DNA from: Desulfuromonadales bacterium
Lineage (GTDB): Bacteria; Desulfobacterota; Desulfuromonadia; Desulfuromonadales; Syntrophotaleaceae
NCBI GenBank assembly: GCA_030154185.1
Contig: JASKKK010000006.1
Span: 5,056 to 69,055, forward strand
Direction: 5' to 3'
Length of the DNA: 64,000 nucleotides
Part shown: piece by piece, positions 38,069-47,425 of the stretch
Position numbering within the stretch: position 1 is the first letter of the stretch
Layout: each line of letters starts with the position of its first letter
Notes under the pieces: generated by a model
What the model saw: the letters and a program-made list of their open reading frames with translations, nothing else
Database searches by the model: none
Told to the model about the DNA's origin: nothing
Position numbers and translations under genes: made by a program

Positions 38069-39187
38069 ATGAAAAAAACCTTGTGGGGAGCCGTTTCCGC
38101 CACTGCCGCGATTGTGGCTGCCGGCGCCCTGTTGCTAACCCCGGCCTGCAGCAAAAAAGCAGAGCTGCAAGAAGAAACCCTGCGCATCACCTGCTGGGGC
38201 GGCTATGCCAAACCCTACGTTGAGGACTTCCAGCAACTGGTCAAGGACAAGTACAACGTCGATGTGAACGTTGAGATATACAACCCCACAGACCAGGACG
38301 AGTTCTTCCAGGCAGTCAAGGAGAATACTGGGGATCTGATCTCTCCACCCATCGAACTGCCCAAGATTCCGCGGTTCTATTCCTATCAGGAAGGCAAAGA
38401 ATACCTGCAGCCGGTGGATGTCAACAACATCCCCAACCTGGCCAAAATGATGCCGGTATTCCGTAATGACCAGACGCCTTTCTACAACGGCGTTCGCTAC
38501 GGCGTGCCCTACAACTGCGGCCCCTACGGGCTGGCCTACAATCTTGACAAGGTCTCGACCGAACCCAACTCCTGGAACGTGCTGTGGTCCCCGATGTATG
38601 CCGGACAGTACACCATCAACAACAACTTCCCCAAGGTGAATGTCTGGATTTCCGCCCTGGCTCTGGGCTACGGCTACAAGGACATCTTCGACATCAACCG
38701 GCTCGATCGCGCCAAAGTTCAGGAAAAGCTCAACGTTCTGGCCAAAAACGCCAAGAGCCTCTGGGACGGCGCAGCTAATCCGGATGAATTCCCGGAACTG
38801 TCTCTGGCGACGACCTGGGGCTTCGCCGCCCAGGCTGCCAACCTTAAAGGCGGCAACTGGCGTCTGGCCACTCCCGCCGAAGGCGGTACGGCCTGGATCG
38901 ACTGCTGGTACCTCGGCGCAGGCGCCAAAGGCATGACCAAAACCCTGGCTGAAGAATGGATCAACTTCATGCTCGAACCCGAGCGCCAGGCCGACGTCGT
39001 GAAATCGCAAGGCGTATCCCCTGTCATGGCCGACACCGGCGACATCCTCAACGACGAGGAAAAAGCCATGTTCCACGTAGGCGACGAAGCCTACTTCAAA
39101 TCCGTTGCCCTGTGGCGGGTTCTCAGCGAAGAGACCGAACAGGCGTTCAACGAAATGTGGGAAACAGCAAAACAGCAGCGGAATTAA
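38069..39187 (+). CDS. PotD/PotF-like solute-binding lipoprotein, orphan (module B)
   Basis: SD aggagg at 38057. Signal ..LLLTPAC. Collinear paralogue of 11015..12124. Confidence 0.8.
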   Translation: MKKTLWGAVSATAAIVAAGALLLTPACSKKAELQEETLRITCWGGYAKPYVEDFQQLVKDKYNVDVNVEIYNPTDQDEFFQAVKENTGDLISPPIELPKIPRFYSYQEGKEYLQPVDVNNIPNLAKMMPVFRNDQTPFYNGVRYGVPYNCGPYGLAYNLDKVSTEPNSWNVLWSPMYAGQYTINNNFPKVNVWISALALGYGYKDIFDINRLDRAKVQEKLNVLAKNAKSLWDGAANPDEFPELSLATTWGFAAQAANLKGGNWRLATPAEGGTAWIDCWYLGAGAKGMTKTLAEEWINFMLEPERQADVVKSQGVSPVMADTGDILNDEEKAMFHVGDEAYFKSVALWRVLSEETEQAFNEMWETAKQQRN

Positions 39188-39300
39188 AACCTGCGGATGT
39201 CCCGTCATCGGGAGCATCCCGTATTTTTCACCCATGCTCCGCCTGCGGAGATAGCCGCAGAGCGGATGGCATCCCCATCTAACGAGACGGAGGTAAACGC

Positions 39301-41568
39301 ATGTTCAAAAAGGGGAAACTCGCAGCTGGCATTACCGGTGCTCTGGTAATGACCTTCCTGGCCAGTCTGGCCGGGGCCGTCACCATCGGGAGCGTCAAGC
39401 CCGGTGAAGACGTCATGCAGTATATCACGCGCACCAAGGGCAAATTCGACCAAACACTCTATCAGAAGGTCATCGGCGCCGCCAACGCTTACAAGGAAGG
39501 CGACGAAGGTCTCGGCGTGGCGGCAGACAACGAACTGTCCCGCGAAAACGCCCGCAAACTGCTGGCCAACACCAAAATCAAGGACATTAACAACAATCCG
39601 CTGTTTGTGGACGGACAGGAAAAACTGATCCGCCGCACCACGGACAAGGCCGCGTACAACAAGGTCAAGAACATGACCATGGGCCAGTTGAAAAACTTCC
39701 TGCTCACCCAGCCCGAGGCCGAAATCAAGGCCATCATGGGCGGTCTGCACAGCGATGTCATCGGCTCCGTGGTCAAACTGATGTCCAACGACGAACTGAT
39801 CCGCGTCGGCAGCAAGATCTTCAACACCCTGCCCGGATCCAACATCGGTGCCAAGGGCTACCTCAGCGCCCGTATTCAGCCCAACTCGCCCACCGACAAT
39901 CCGGAAGACATCCAGATGCAGGTACTGGACGGCTTCTCCTATGCCGTCGGCGACATCGTCATCGGTACCAATCCGGTCGACAGCCAGCTTGAAGCCACCC
40001 TGCGCGTTCAGAACGCCCTGAAGGAAATCGTGACCGCGTTTGAACTCGAAGATACGGTGCCCTGGTGCGTTCTGGCCCACATCGACGGTCAGGCCGCCGC
40101 TGAAAAAGAAGAGCCCGGCTCCACCGCCATCTGGTTCCAGAGCCTCGCCGGCACCGAAAGCGCCAACAAGACCTTCGACCTGACCATCCAGAAGATGATC
40201 GATTACGCCAAAATGCGTAAGGGTCCCTACGGCCTCTATTTCGAAACCGGTCAGGGCGCCGACTACACCAACGGTCACGGCCACGGTTTCGACATGGTCG
40301 TTCACGAATCCCGCAAATACGGTTTCGCCCGTGCTCTGAAACAGGAAATCGCCAAGACCAAGGGCGTTCCCGAAGACGAAGTCTGGCTGCACCTGAACGA
40401 CGTGGCCGGTTTCATCGGTCCCGAGGTATTCAAAACCCGCGAGCAGCTGGTACGCTGCTGCCTCGAAGACATCGTCATGGGTAAACTGCACGGCCTGGTG
40501 CTGGGCCTCGACATCTGCTCCACCCTGCACATGCCCGTCACCCTCGACGACCTCGCATGGTGCCAGGACCAGATCGCTCCGGCCAACCCGGCCTACCTGA
40601 TGGCCCTGCCCACCCGTAACGACCCGATGCTCAGCTACCTGACCACCGGTTTCCAGGACCATGTCCGCCTGCGTGAGAAGTTCGACTTCAAAGTCAACGA
40701 CGCCATGTGGGACTTCTTCAAGAAAATTGAAGTCATCGACGCCAACGGCCAACCGACCGAACATTTCGGCGACCCGGCATGGGTTTACTTCAAGTTCCGT
40801 CAGGCCAAAGGCGACACCCGCTCCTTCGACGTTATCTATGCCGAAGGCAAAAAAGCCATCAAGAACGTTCAGAACCGTGGTGTCGATATCGCTGTCGGCT
40901 ACGGCGAGAACATCTGGGATCTGGAACCGGTCACCAACAAGCGCATCCACGATCTGTACGACGATGCCAAAATCAGCCTGTGGGCCGAATTCACCCCGGA
41001 ATTCATCAACTCCATCCCCAACGCCGTAAGCATCAAGAGCCAGGCCCACGATCGTGAAAACTACATCTCGGCTCCGGCCACCGGTGAAAAGCTGTCCGCT
41101 TCCGCCGTGGCCACTCTGGACAAACTGGCCGCCTCCTGGGGCAATAAAGTCCCCGATGTGCAGATTGTGATCTCCGACGGCCTGAATGCCAAGGCGATCA
41201 TGGACGACGGTCACCTGATGCCTTACCTGAACGAACTGAAAAAACAGTGCAAAAAAGCAGGCCTGACCCTGTCCGACAAGAACATCGTCGTGACCGGCGG
41301 CCGCGTTCGCGCCGGCTACAATGCAGGGGAAGTACTGTACGGCAAAGCCGGCAGCGCTCCCAAAGCCGTGGTTCACATCATCGGCGAACGCCCGGGCAGC
41401 GGCCATCATGCCTTCTCTGCCTACCTGGTTAAAGTCAAGCCGAGCACCTGGGCCAAAGCCGGCTCGGTCGACCATGACCAGTCCAAGGTTCTGTCCGGCA
41501 TTTCCGACACTGGCCTGGTTCCCGCCGAAGCGGCCCGCCAGACGGTTAAGCTGCTGATGGAAATGTAA
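39301..41568 (+). CDS. fused EutB-EutC ammonia-lyase-like enzyme with N-terminal signal peptide/anchor (module B)
   Basis: SD ggaggt. MFKKGKLAAGITGALVMTFLASLAGAVTI. Same EutB and EutC blocks as the module A copy. Confidence 0.85.
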   Translation: MFKKGKLAAGITGALVMTFLASLAGAVTIGSVKPGEDVMQYITRTKGKFDQTLYQKVIGAANAYKEGDEGLGVAADNELSRENARKLLANTKIKDINNNPLFVDGQEKLIRRTTDKAAYNKVKNMTMGQLKNFLLTQPEAEIKAIMGGLHSDVIGSVVKLMSNDELIRVGSKIFNTLPGSNIGAKGYLSARIQPNSPTDNPEDIQMQVLDGFSYAVGDIVIGTNPVDSQLEATLRVQNALKEIVTAFELEDTVPWCVLAHIDGQAAAEKEEPGSTAIWFQSLAGTESANKTFDLTIQKMIDYAKMRKGPYGLYFETGQGADYTNGHGHGFDMVVHESRKYGFARALKQEIAKTKGVPEDEVWLHLNDVAGFIGPEVFKTREQLVRCCLEDIVMGKLHGLVLGLDICSTLHMPVTLDDLAWCQDQIAPANPAYLMALPTRNDPMLSYLTTGFQDHVRLREKFDFKVNDAMWDFFKKIEVIDANGQPTEHFGDPAWVYFKFRQAKGDTRSFDVIYAEGKKAIKNVQNRGVDIAVGYGENIWDLEPVTNKRIHDLYDDAKISLWAEFTPEFINSIPNAVSIKSQAHDRENYISAPATGEKLSASAVATLDKLAASWGNKVPDVQIVISDGLNAKAIMDDGHLMPYLNELKKQCKKAGLTLSDKNIVVTGGRVRAGYNAGEVLYGKAGSAPKAVVHIIGERPGSGHHAFSAYLVKVKPSTWAKAGSVDHDQSKVLSGISDTGLVPAEAARQTVKLLMEM

Positions 41569-41587
41569 AACCTCCTTCCCTGTGATA

Positions 41588-41622
41588 GACCCGGGGGCCT
41601 TTCGGCCCCGGGTCACCTTTTT
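41588..41622 (+). terminator. GC hairpin plus T-tract after EutBC B (attenuator/terminator)
   Basis: gacccgggggcc-tttc-ggccccgggtc followed by acctttttcc. Confidence 0.5.
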
Positions 41623-41719
41623 CCCCGCCTTGCCAGTTCTCCGGCCCCCTGCCGTTGGTCGGATTCCTGGACACTTCGAACAGTTAACAGCCCGGGCCGC
41701 TTTTAGCGGCCCGGACTTT

Positions 41720-42565
41720 ATGCGAAACAGACCGGGATCCCCTATGCCTGAGCCAAGCCTGAAAACCGTCGTCGTGAATCGAGATCCCTCACCGCGCCCT
41801 CTCTGGCGGGATGTGGTTCACAAAACCACCCTCTGGTTTCACGCCATGGGGCTGAGCCCGTATTATCGCTATGGCGAGATCGGAAACCTGTTGTACACTT
41901 TTGGAAAGAGCATTCTTGAAGGGGCGGTGCTCTATACCATGTTTTCGATGGCCCAGTCCGAATTCAAGGTTGCTGCGATCCTCGGCGTGCTGACCAAGTA
42001 TTTTTACCCGGGCATCACCTTTATCAGCAACGTCAAGGTTTCTTCTTTCGTCGATTACCTGGAAAGGTACACAGATACCAGAACCCAGGTTCGTCGTTTG
42101 ATACGCGCCATGGCCCTGGTAGGAGGAGGACAGGCTTTGGGCGCTATTTTGTTGGTGCTGTGCTATCCTCCCTTTTTTACCAGTCTGTTCGGCACGAGTG
42201 CAGCCGGACGCTACGTGTTGATCGCTCTGTACCTGTTGCACCATATCTGCGACGGATCGGCCCAGGTGGCGGAAGGGCGCATATGGTTCAAACTGATTGA
42301 AATCAAACTGCGTAACGGACGACTGCAGCGGATATCCGAAAATTTCTGGGGCATACACGCCATGAGCCAGAACATTCAGTTGTTCGCCGGGCTGATACTG
42401 CTCTGGGCGGCGACGCTGGTCACCGGCCTGTTTCAGGATCATCTCGGCCATACCGTCATGTGGGGCATCGTATCATGCGGCACACTGCTGACCGCTTTTT
42501 CCAAGTTCAGCCTGCCGCTGGCCTGGAAAATGTCACTGCACCGTCAGGAGCACGAGGGAGAATGA
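41720..42565 (+). CDS. polytopic membrane protein, unrecognised family (module B)
   Basis: Paralogue of 14666..15508 (shared YRFGE.GNL.YT.GKSILEGAVLYTMFSMAQ, DGSAQVAEGRIWFKLIEIKLR). The start could be 41720 or 41744. Confidence 0.6.
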   Translation: MRNRPGSPMPEPSLKTVVVNRDPSPRPLWRDVVHKTTLWFHAMGLSPYYRYGEIGNLLYTFGKSILEGAVLYTMFSMAQSEFKVAAILGVLTKYFYPGITFISNVKVSSFVDYLERYTDTRTQVRRLIRAMALVGGGQALGAILLVLCYPPFFTSLFGTSAAGRYVLIALYLLHHICDGSAQVAEGRIWFKLIEIKLRNGRLQRISENFWGIHAMSQNIQLFAGLILLWAATLVTGLFQDHLGHTVMWGIVSCGTLLTAFSKFSLPLAWKMSLHRQEHEGE

Positions 42566-43338
42566 CAGAAACACCGATACTCCAGATTGAGAAACTCGAT
42601 TTCGGCATCGGCGGCCATGCCATCCTCAAGGATATCAATTGCCGGTTTGCCGCCGGAGCCATTCACGGTTTGATCGGACCTAACGGGTCGGGCAAGAGCA
42701 CTCTGCTGCGTAATATATGCCGCATCTGGGAACCGCAAAACGGCCGGGTGATGATCGAAGGCAGGGATGCCGGCCGTCTGCCGCGGAAATCTCTCAGCCA
42801 GATCGTGACCCTGGTGCAGCAGGATACGCGTCTCGATTTTTCCATTCTGGTCTCGGATTACGTCGCCATGGGACGCCATCCGCATCTGAAGCGCCTGCAA
42901 TGGCTGCGCAGACGCGACATGGATATTATCGATCAGGCTCTGGCCGTGACCGGAACCGAGATTTTTCGCAACAGGCTCATCAACGAGTTATCCGGAGGAG
43001 AAGCGCAGTTGGTCAGTCTGGCAAGAGCCCTGGCCACCGAGGCACCGATCATTTTGCTCGATGAACCGACCAGCGCTCTGGACATCCTGCACAAGCTCGA
43101 AATCATGGATCTGCTCTGCGATCTTCGAACCGCCGGCAAGACTATCATCATAAGCATCCACGATCTCGACCTTGCAAGACGTTACTGCGACACCGTGACT
43201 TTGCTGCAACAAGGGCGCGTCCATTACCACGGCATGGCCGAGGAAGGCTTTGCCGAACAACGCATCAAGGAGGTTTTCCATGTCGGCGTGGAAGAAATCG
43301 CATCCGAACATGGCGTCTCGCTGTTGTTCTACCGTTAA
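42562..43338 (+). CDS. ABC transporter ATPase, FecE/BtuD (iron-siderophore/cobalamin) type
   Basis: Walker A GPNGSGKST, signature LSGGE, Walker B ILLDEP. ATGA overlap with the upstream membrane protein gene. Confidence 0.85.
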   Translation: MTETPILQIEKLDFGIGGHAILKDINCRFAAGAIHGLIGPNGSGKSTLLRNICRIWEPQNGRVMIEGRDAGRLPRKSLSQIVTLVQQDTRLDFSILVSDYVAMGRHPHLKRLQWLRRRDMDIIDQALAVTGTEIFRNRLINELSGGEAQLVSLARALATEAPIILLDEPTSALDILHKLEIMDLLCDLRTAGKTIIISIHDLDLARRYCDTVTLLQQGRVHYHGMAEEGFAEQRIKEVFHVGVEEIASEHGVSLLFYR

Positions 43339-44383
43339 ACAAATTCTCGCAGGCTTCATATGGGCCGGACTGCTGACAATACTTCTCGGCGGAACCGCCA
43401 TGGCGGCGGAAAAGGCTCGCGGAGCCCGAAAATTCCCCCTGGAGATGGATGCCCTGATGGGAGCATTGAGCGATACCCATCGGCCGGCAGCGGTTTCCGT
43501 GCAGGGTTTCCCCCGTACCGTCAGCTACCGATTCGTTCGTTATGATTTCGCTTCGGACCGCATGTCTGAAGAAACCCGTTCGGTGACCCTGGCGCATCAA
43601 CCGCAGCGTATCATCCCTCACTCCATCGGGTTGACGGAAATTCTCTGGGCCATCGTGCCTCATGAACGCCTGATCGCCGTTCACAAAAGCTGTAAAGACC
43701 GGCAGTTTTCCTTTCTCGCGCCGCTGCTGCCGAAAGACCTGCCCACCTATGGCACCGACGATGCCGAAATCGTCATCGGCTACCGTCCCGACCTGGTCTT
43801 GACGTCTTTCTATTCCAACGAAAATTTTCTGCATCAGTTGCAGACGGCCCATGTACCCCTGGCGCAATTCGGATTCTTCGATGATCTCGAGTCGATCAAG
43901 GAACAGATCCTTCTGGCCGGACGCCTGACCGGCGAGGAAGCATCGGCACAACGCCTGGTCAGCGTCATGAACGAAAAGCTGCGCGACATTCAGACCGCGG
44001 TGCGACAGCGACGCGAAAAGATGAGCAAACCGCCGTCCGTTCTGTATTACGACAACATGGCTTATGTAGCAGGGGCCGGTACCACTTTCGACAGCATGTG
44101 CCGGGCTCTTGGGGTCGTCAATATCGCCGCCGCCAAGGGAATCCGCAATTTCAAGCAGATCGACTACGAAACCCTGTTGCAGTGGAACCCGGACGTGATC
44201 ATCGTGCCGGAGGAAAGCACATTCGATCGACAGCTTTACAATCAGGAAATCCTGGCGACGGCCCGCGCGGTCAGGCAGAAAAACATTCGCAAGATGCCGA
44301 CCGTCTATCTTCTGAGTTCATCGCAATATCTGATTGCCAGCATCAACTACCTGGCGGGACTGCTTTATGAATCGTCGTTCTGA
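43310..44383 (+). CDS. periplasmic binding protein, BtuF/FhuD (cluster A/type 8) class
   Basis: Signal-like ..AGLLTILLGGTAMA. PBP blocks (RIIPHSIGLTEIL, YRPDLVL, WNPDVIIV). Start uncertain (43280 or 43310). Confidence 0.7.
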   Translation: MASRCCSTVKQILAGFIWAGLLTILLGGTAMAAEKARGARKFPLEMDALMGALSDTHRPAAVSVQGFPRTVSYRFVRYDFASDRMSEETRSVTLAHQPQRIIPHSIGLTEILWAIVPHERLIAVHKSCKDRQFSFLAPLLPKDLPTYGTDDAEIVIGYRPDLVLTSFYSNENFLHQLQTAHVPLAQFGFFDDLESIKEQILLAGRLTGEEASAQRLVSVMNEKLRDIQTAVRQRREKMSKPPSVLYYDNMAYVAGAGTTFDSMCRALGVVNIAAAKGIRNFKQIDYETLLQWNPDVIIVPEESTFDRQLYNQEILATARAVRQKNIRKMPTVYLLSSSQYLIASINYLAGLLYESSF

Positions 44384-45422
44384 TCGTCGCCACTATGTCA
44401 TTACCGGTATCGTTGCCAGTTCGGCGGCCGTGGTACTGTTGCTGGGCGGTATTTTTCTGTCGATCCGCATCGGACCGTGGGAAATCGGCCTGCAGGATAT
44501 CGGACGGATCCTGGCAGCCAAGATTCTGCACATGAACATGTCCAGCGATCCGGCCCTGGAAGCCATCGTCTGGCTGGGAAGGGTGCCGCGCACCCTGACG
44601 GGAGTACTGGTCGGTTTCGCACTGGGCGCCGCCGGCACCATCATGCAAGGCATATTCAAAAACCCCATGGCCAGCCCGGGAGTCATTGGCACCAGTTCCG
44701 GTGCGGCTCTTGGTGCGGTCACCGCCATCTACATCGGCATGGCGGCCACCAGCATCTACGCGGTGCCGTCTTTCGCCATTCTTTTTGCATTTCTGTCGAT
44801 GCTGATCGTGCTGGGCATCGCCACAAGCGGCGGACTGACCTCTCGCTACACTCTGCTGCTGGCCGGCATCGCTTTCAATGCCATATTCAGCGCCCTGACC
44901 TCTCTGGTCATCGTACTGTCGACGGACCAGTTCGAAATGGCCCGGCAGATTGTCGGCTGGTTGATGGGCGACCTGACCAATCGCAGCTGGCAGCATGTCC
45001 ACATCGTCCTCATCATCACCCTGGTCGGCACCTTGTGGTCGTTGCTGTTCGCTCGCGATCTCAACATCATCATGCTGAACGAAGAAATAGCCGCCAACCT
45101 CGGTGTCAACGTGACCTTGTCCCGCAACATGCTGCTGTTTTTGGCAGCGCTGCTGACCGGGGGCGCCATCGCCGTGTCGGGCGCCATCGGTTTCGTCGGC
45201 CTCATCGCGCCGCATATCATGCGCAGCTTCATCGGTTCGGATAATCGCCTGCTGATTCCCGCCGCCGGGGTGCTGGGTGGCGCACTGGTCGTCTATTCCG
45301 ACTGCGTGGTCAGGGTCTGGGGTGGCGGCGGTCTGCGCATCGGCGTATTGACTGCCCTGCTCGGCGGTCCGTTCTTTCTCTATCTGATCATCCGCGACCG
45401 TCGCAAATTCGTCTTTTTCTGA
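44367..45422 (+). CDS. FecCD/BtuC-family ABC permease
   Basis: About 9-10 TM helices. Blocks PRTLTGVLVGFALGAAGTIMQG and GAIGFVGLIAPHI. Confidence 0.85.
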   Translation: MNRRSDRRHYVITGIVASSAAVVLLLGGIFLSIRIGPWEIGLQDIGRILAAKILHMNMSSDPALEAIVWLGRVPRTLTGVLVGFALGAAGTIMQGIFKNPMASPGVIGTSSGAALGAVTAIYIGMAATSIYAVPSFAILFAFLSMLIVLGIATSGGLTSRYTLLLAGIAFNAIFSALTSLVIVLSTDQFEMARQIVGWLMGDLTNRSWQHVHIVLIITLVGTLWSLLFARDLNIIMLNEEIAANLGVNVTLSRNMLLFLAALLTGGAIAVSGAIGFVGLIAPHIMRSFIGSDNRLLIPAAGVLGGALVVYSDCVVRVWGGGGLRIGVLTALLGGPFFLYLIIRDRRKFVFF

Positions 45423-45481
45423 ATCCCGTTCCGTCCGTCGGCATCCGGTCGACGGACGATATCGCTGGAGGCAACACTGTC

Positions 45482-46534
45482 ATGAGCTATAACGCCAACG
45501 ACGATTCTTCGCCTGTCGAAACATCTTCCGCGGAAACCTTCCGCAGCAAGATTCAAAAAGTCGAGGAAGAAATCGGCAAAGTCATCATCGGACAGGATCG
45601 CATGATCGAAGCCATCATCTGCACCCTGCTGGCGCAAGGCCACGTCCTGCTTGAGGGCGTACCGGGCCTCGCAAAAAGCCTGACGGTCGGCACCTTCGCC
45701 CGAACGATCGGGGGCGAATACAAACGCATCCAGTTCACGCCGGACAAGCTGCCCAGCGACATTACCGGTACCACTGTCTTCAACCAGGCCACAGGCACCT
45801 TCACTTTTCACCAGGGACCGGTGTTCTGCAACATATTGCTGGCCGATGAAATCAACCGCGCCGCACCGAAAGTCCAGTCGGCGCTGCTCGAAGCGATGCA
45901 GGAAAAACGGGTCAGTATCGACCGCGATCAATACCAGTTGCCCGATTTGTTCATGGTACTGGCGACCATGAACCCGGTGGAACAACTCGGCACCTATCCC
46001 CTGTCGGAGGCCCAGCTCGACCGCTTCATCGCCAAGGTCAACCTCACCTATCCTCCCAAGGAATTCGAAGAGGAATTGCTCCGGAAAAAAAGCACCAACT
46101 TCGAAGAAATTCGAAATGCCGTGCCCTGCCTGCTGCAACCGGATGAAGTCGTCGCCATGCAGCATCATGTGGCCGATCACATAACCGTTTCCCCGACAGT
46201 CGTCGCCTATATACTCGATATCTGCCGGCGAACGCGGCCTGATGCTGCCGAAGCGCCCGCAAGCATCCGCAATTACGTCTCTGTGGGCGTTTCGCCACGA
46301 GCCGGCGAACACCTCATCGCCTATTGCAAAGGCTTTGCTTTCCTGCGAGGCCGCGATTACGTAGCCTTCGAGGATGTCGATGCCTGCGTCCCTCAGGTGT
46401 TGGGCCATCGCATGATACTCAGTGACGCGGCATGCCTGGAAGGCATCCGCACGGAGATGCTGCTGCAGGATATCATCAGCACGGTTGTTCCCCGTGCCGG
46501 AAACCAAAATTCGCGGAGCCTGTCCGACTCATGA
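45482..46534 (+). CDS. MoxR-family AAA+ ATPase
   Basis: GHVLLEGVPGLAKS Walker A, LLADEINRAAPKVQSALLEAMQE. Confidence 0.9.
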   Translation: MSYNANDDSSPVETSSAETFRSKIQKVEEEIGKVIIGQDRMIEAIICTLLAQGHVLLEGVPGLAKSLTVGTFARTIGGEYKRIQFTPDKLPSDITGTTVFNQATGTFTFHQGPVFCNILLADEINRAAPKVQSALLEAMQEKRVSIDRDQYQLPDLFMVLATMNPVEQLGTYPLSEAQLDRFIAKVNLTYPPKEFEEELLRKKSTNFEEIRNAVPCLLQPDEVVAMQHHVADHITVSPTVVAYILDICRRTRPDAAEAPASIRNYVSVGVSPRAGEHLIAYCKGFAFLRGRDYVAFEDVDACVPQVLGHRMILSDAACLEGIRTEMLLQDIISTVVPRAGNQNSRSLSDS

Positions 46535-47394
46535 AACCGCCGTATTTATTCAACATTCAACTCAAACATCCGCCCCGCAGCCAAATGTCCGGTGACTGGG
46601 CAGGACTCGACAAGGGGACCGGATACGAATTCTGGGGACTGCGCAAATACCTGCCGGGCGACAGCTGGAGCCGCATCGATTGGAAAGCTCGCGCCCGCAG
46701 CGGCGAGTTGTATGTGCGCGAATTTCTCAAAGACAGTGCCTACAATCTGCTGCTGATCTGCGATGTCAGCCCGTCCATGCATTTCGGACGAAAATTCGGA
46801 ATGTTACAAGACCTCGTCATCTCACTGGCCTATGCCGCGCTGCACTCCAACAACCCCTGCGGATTACTGCTGTTTGCCGACAGGGTGTTGACCTGGCATC
46901 CGCCCAGTGCCGCGCCGCAGCAGTTTTCCCGAATCGTTACCGCCCTGGAGCAGGCCCCCGTCATGAAAAGCCGACAAACCCGACTGGCTCCGGCGCTGAA
47001 TTTCATGATGAATCGCCTGTCCTCCTGTCTGGGGGTGATCATCTCCGATTTTCATACAGATTTGGAGAACCTGAGGGGATTGATGGATGCAGCAGACAGC
47101 CGTCTGCCCGCGCATGAATTGGTTGCTCTGCACGTTCTGGAAGAATCCGAATATCGCCTGACCGGCATCGAGGATGGTCTTCTGACTCTCAGGGACATGG
47201 AGTCGGGGCATCAGATGCCTCTCGACCTGTCCCGCAAAGAAGAATTCAACGCCCTGCTGCGCGCAGCCAGAGAAAAAAACATCAGGACCCTGGCCGGAGC
47301 AGGCATCGACTCGGCGGTTCTACCGGTAGGAGCCGCGGATATTCAAGCTCGCGTCAATACCCTGTTTGCCCGACGCCTGGCGGCCAGGGTCTGA
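46531..47394 (+). CDS. DUF58 domain protein
   Basis: GLRKYLPGDSWSRIDWKARARSGELYVREF. ATGA overlap with the moxR-like gene. Confidence 0.8.
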   Translation: MKPPYLFNIQLKHPPRSQMSGDWAGLDKGTGYEFWGLRKYLPGDSWSRIDWKARARSGELYVREFLKDSAYNLLLICDVSPSMHFGRKFGMLQDLVISLAYAALHSNNPCGLLLFADRVLTWHPPSAAPQQFSRIVTALEQAPVMKSRQTRLAPALNFMMNRLSSCLGVIISDFHTDLENLRGLMDAADSRLPAHELVALHVLEESEYRLTGIEDGLLTLRDMESGHQMPLDLSRKEEFNALLRAAREKNIRTLAGAGIDSAVLPVGAADIQARVNTLFARRLAARV

Positions 47395-47425
47395 GCCGCC
47401 CATATCAAGACCAAGGAAAGTTTCG

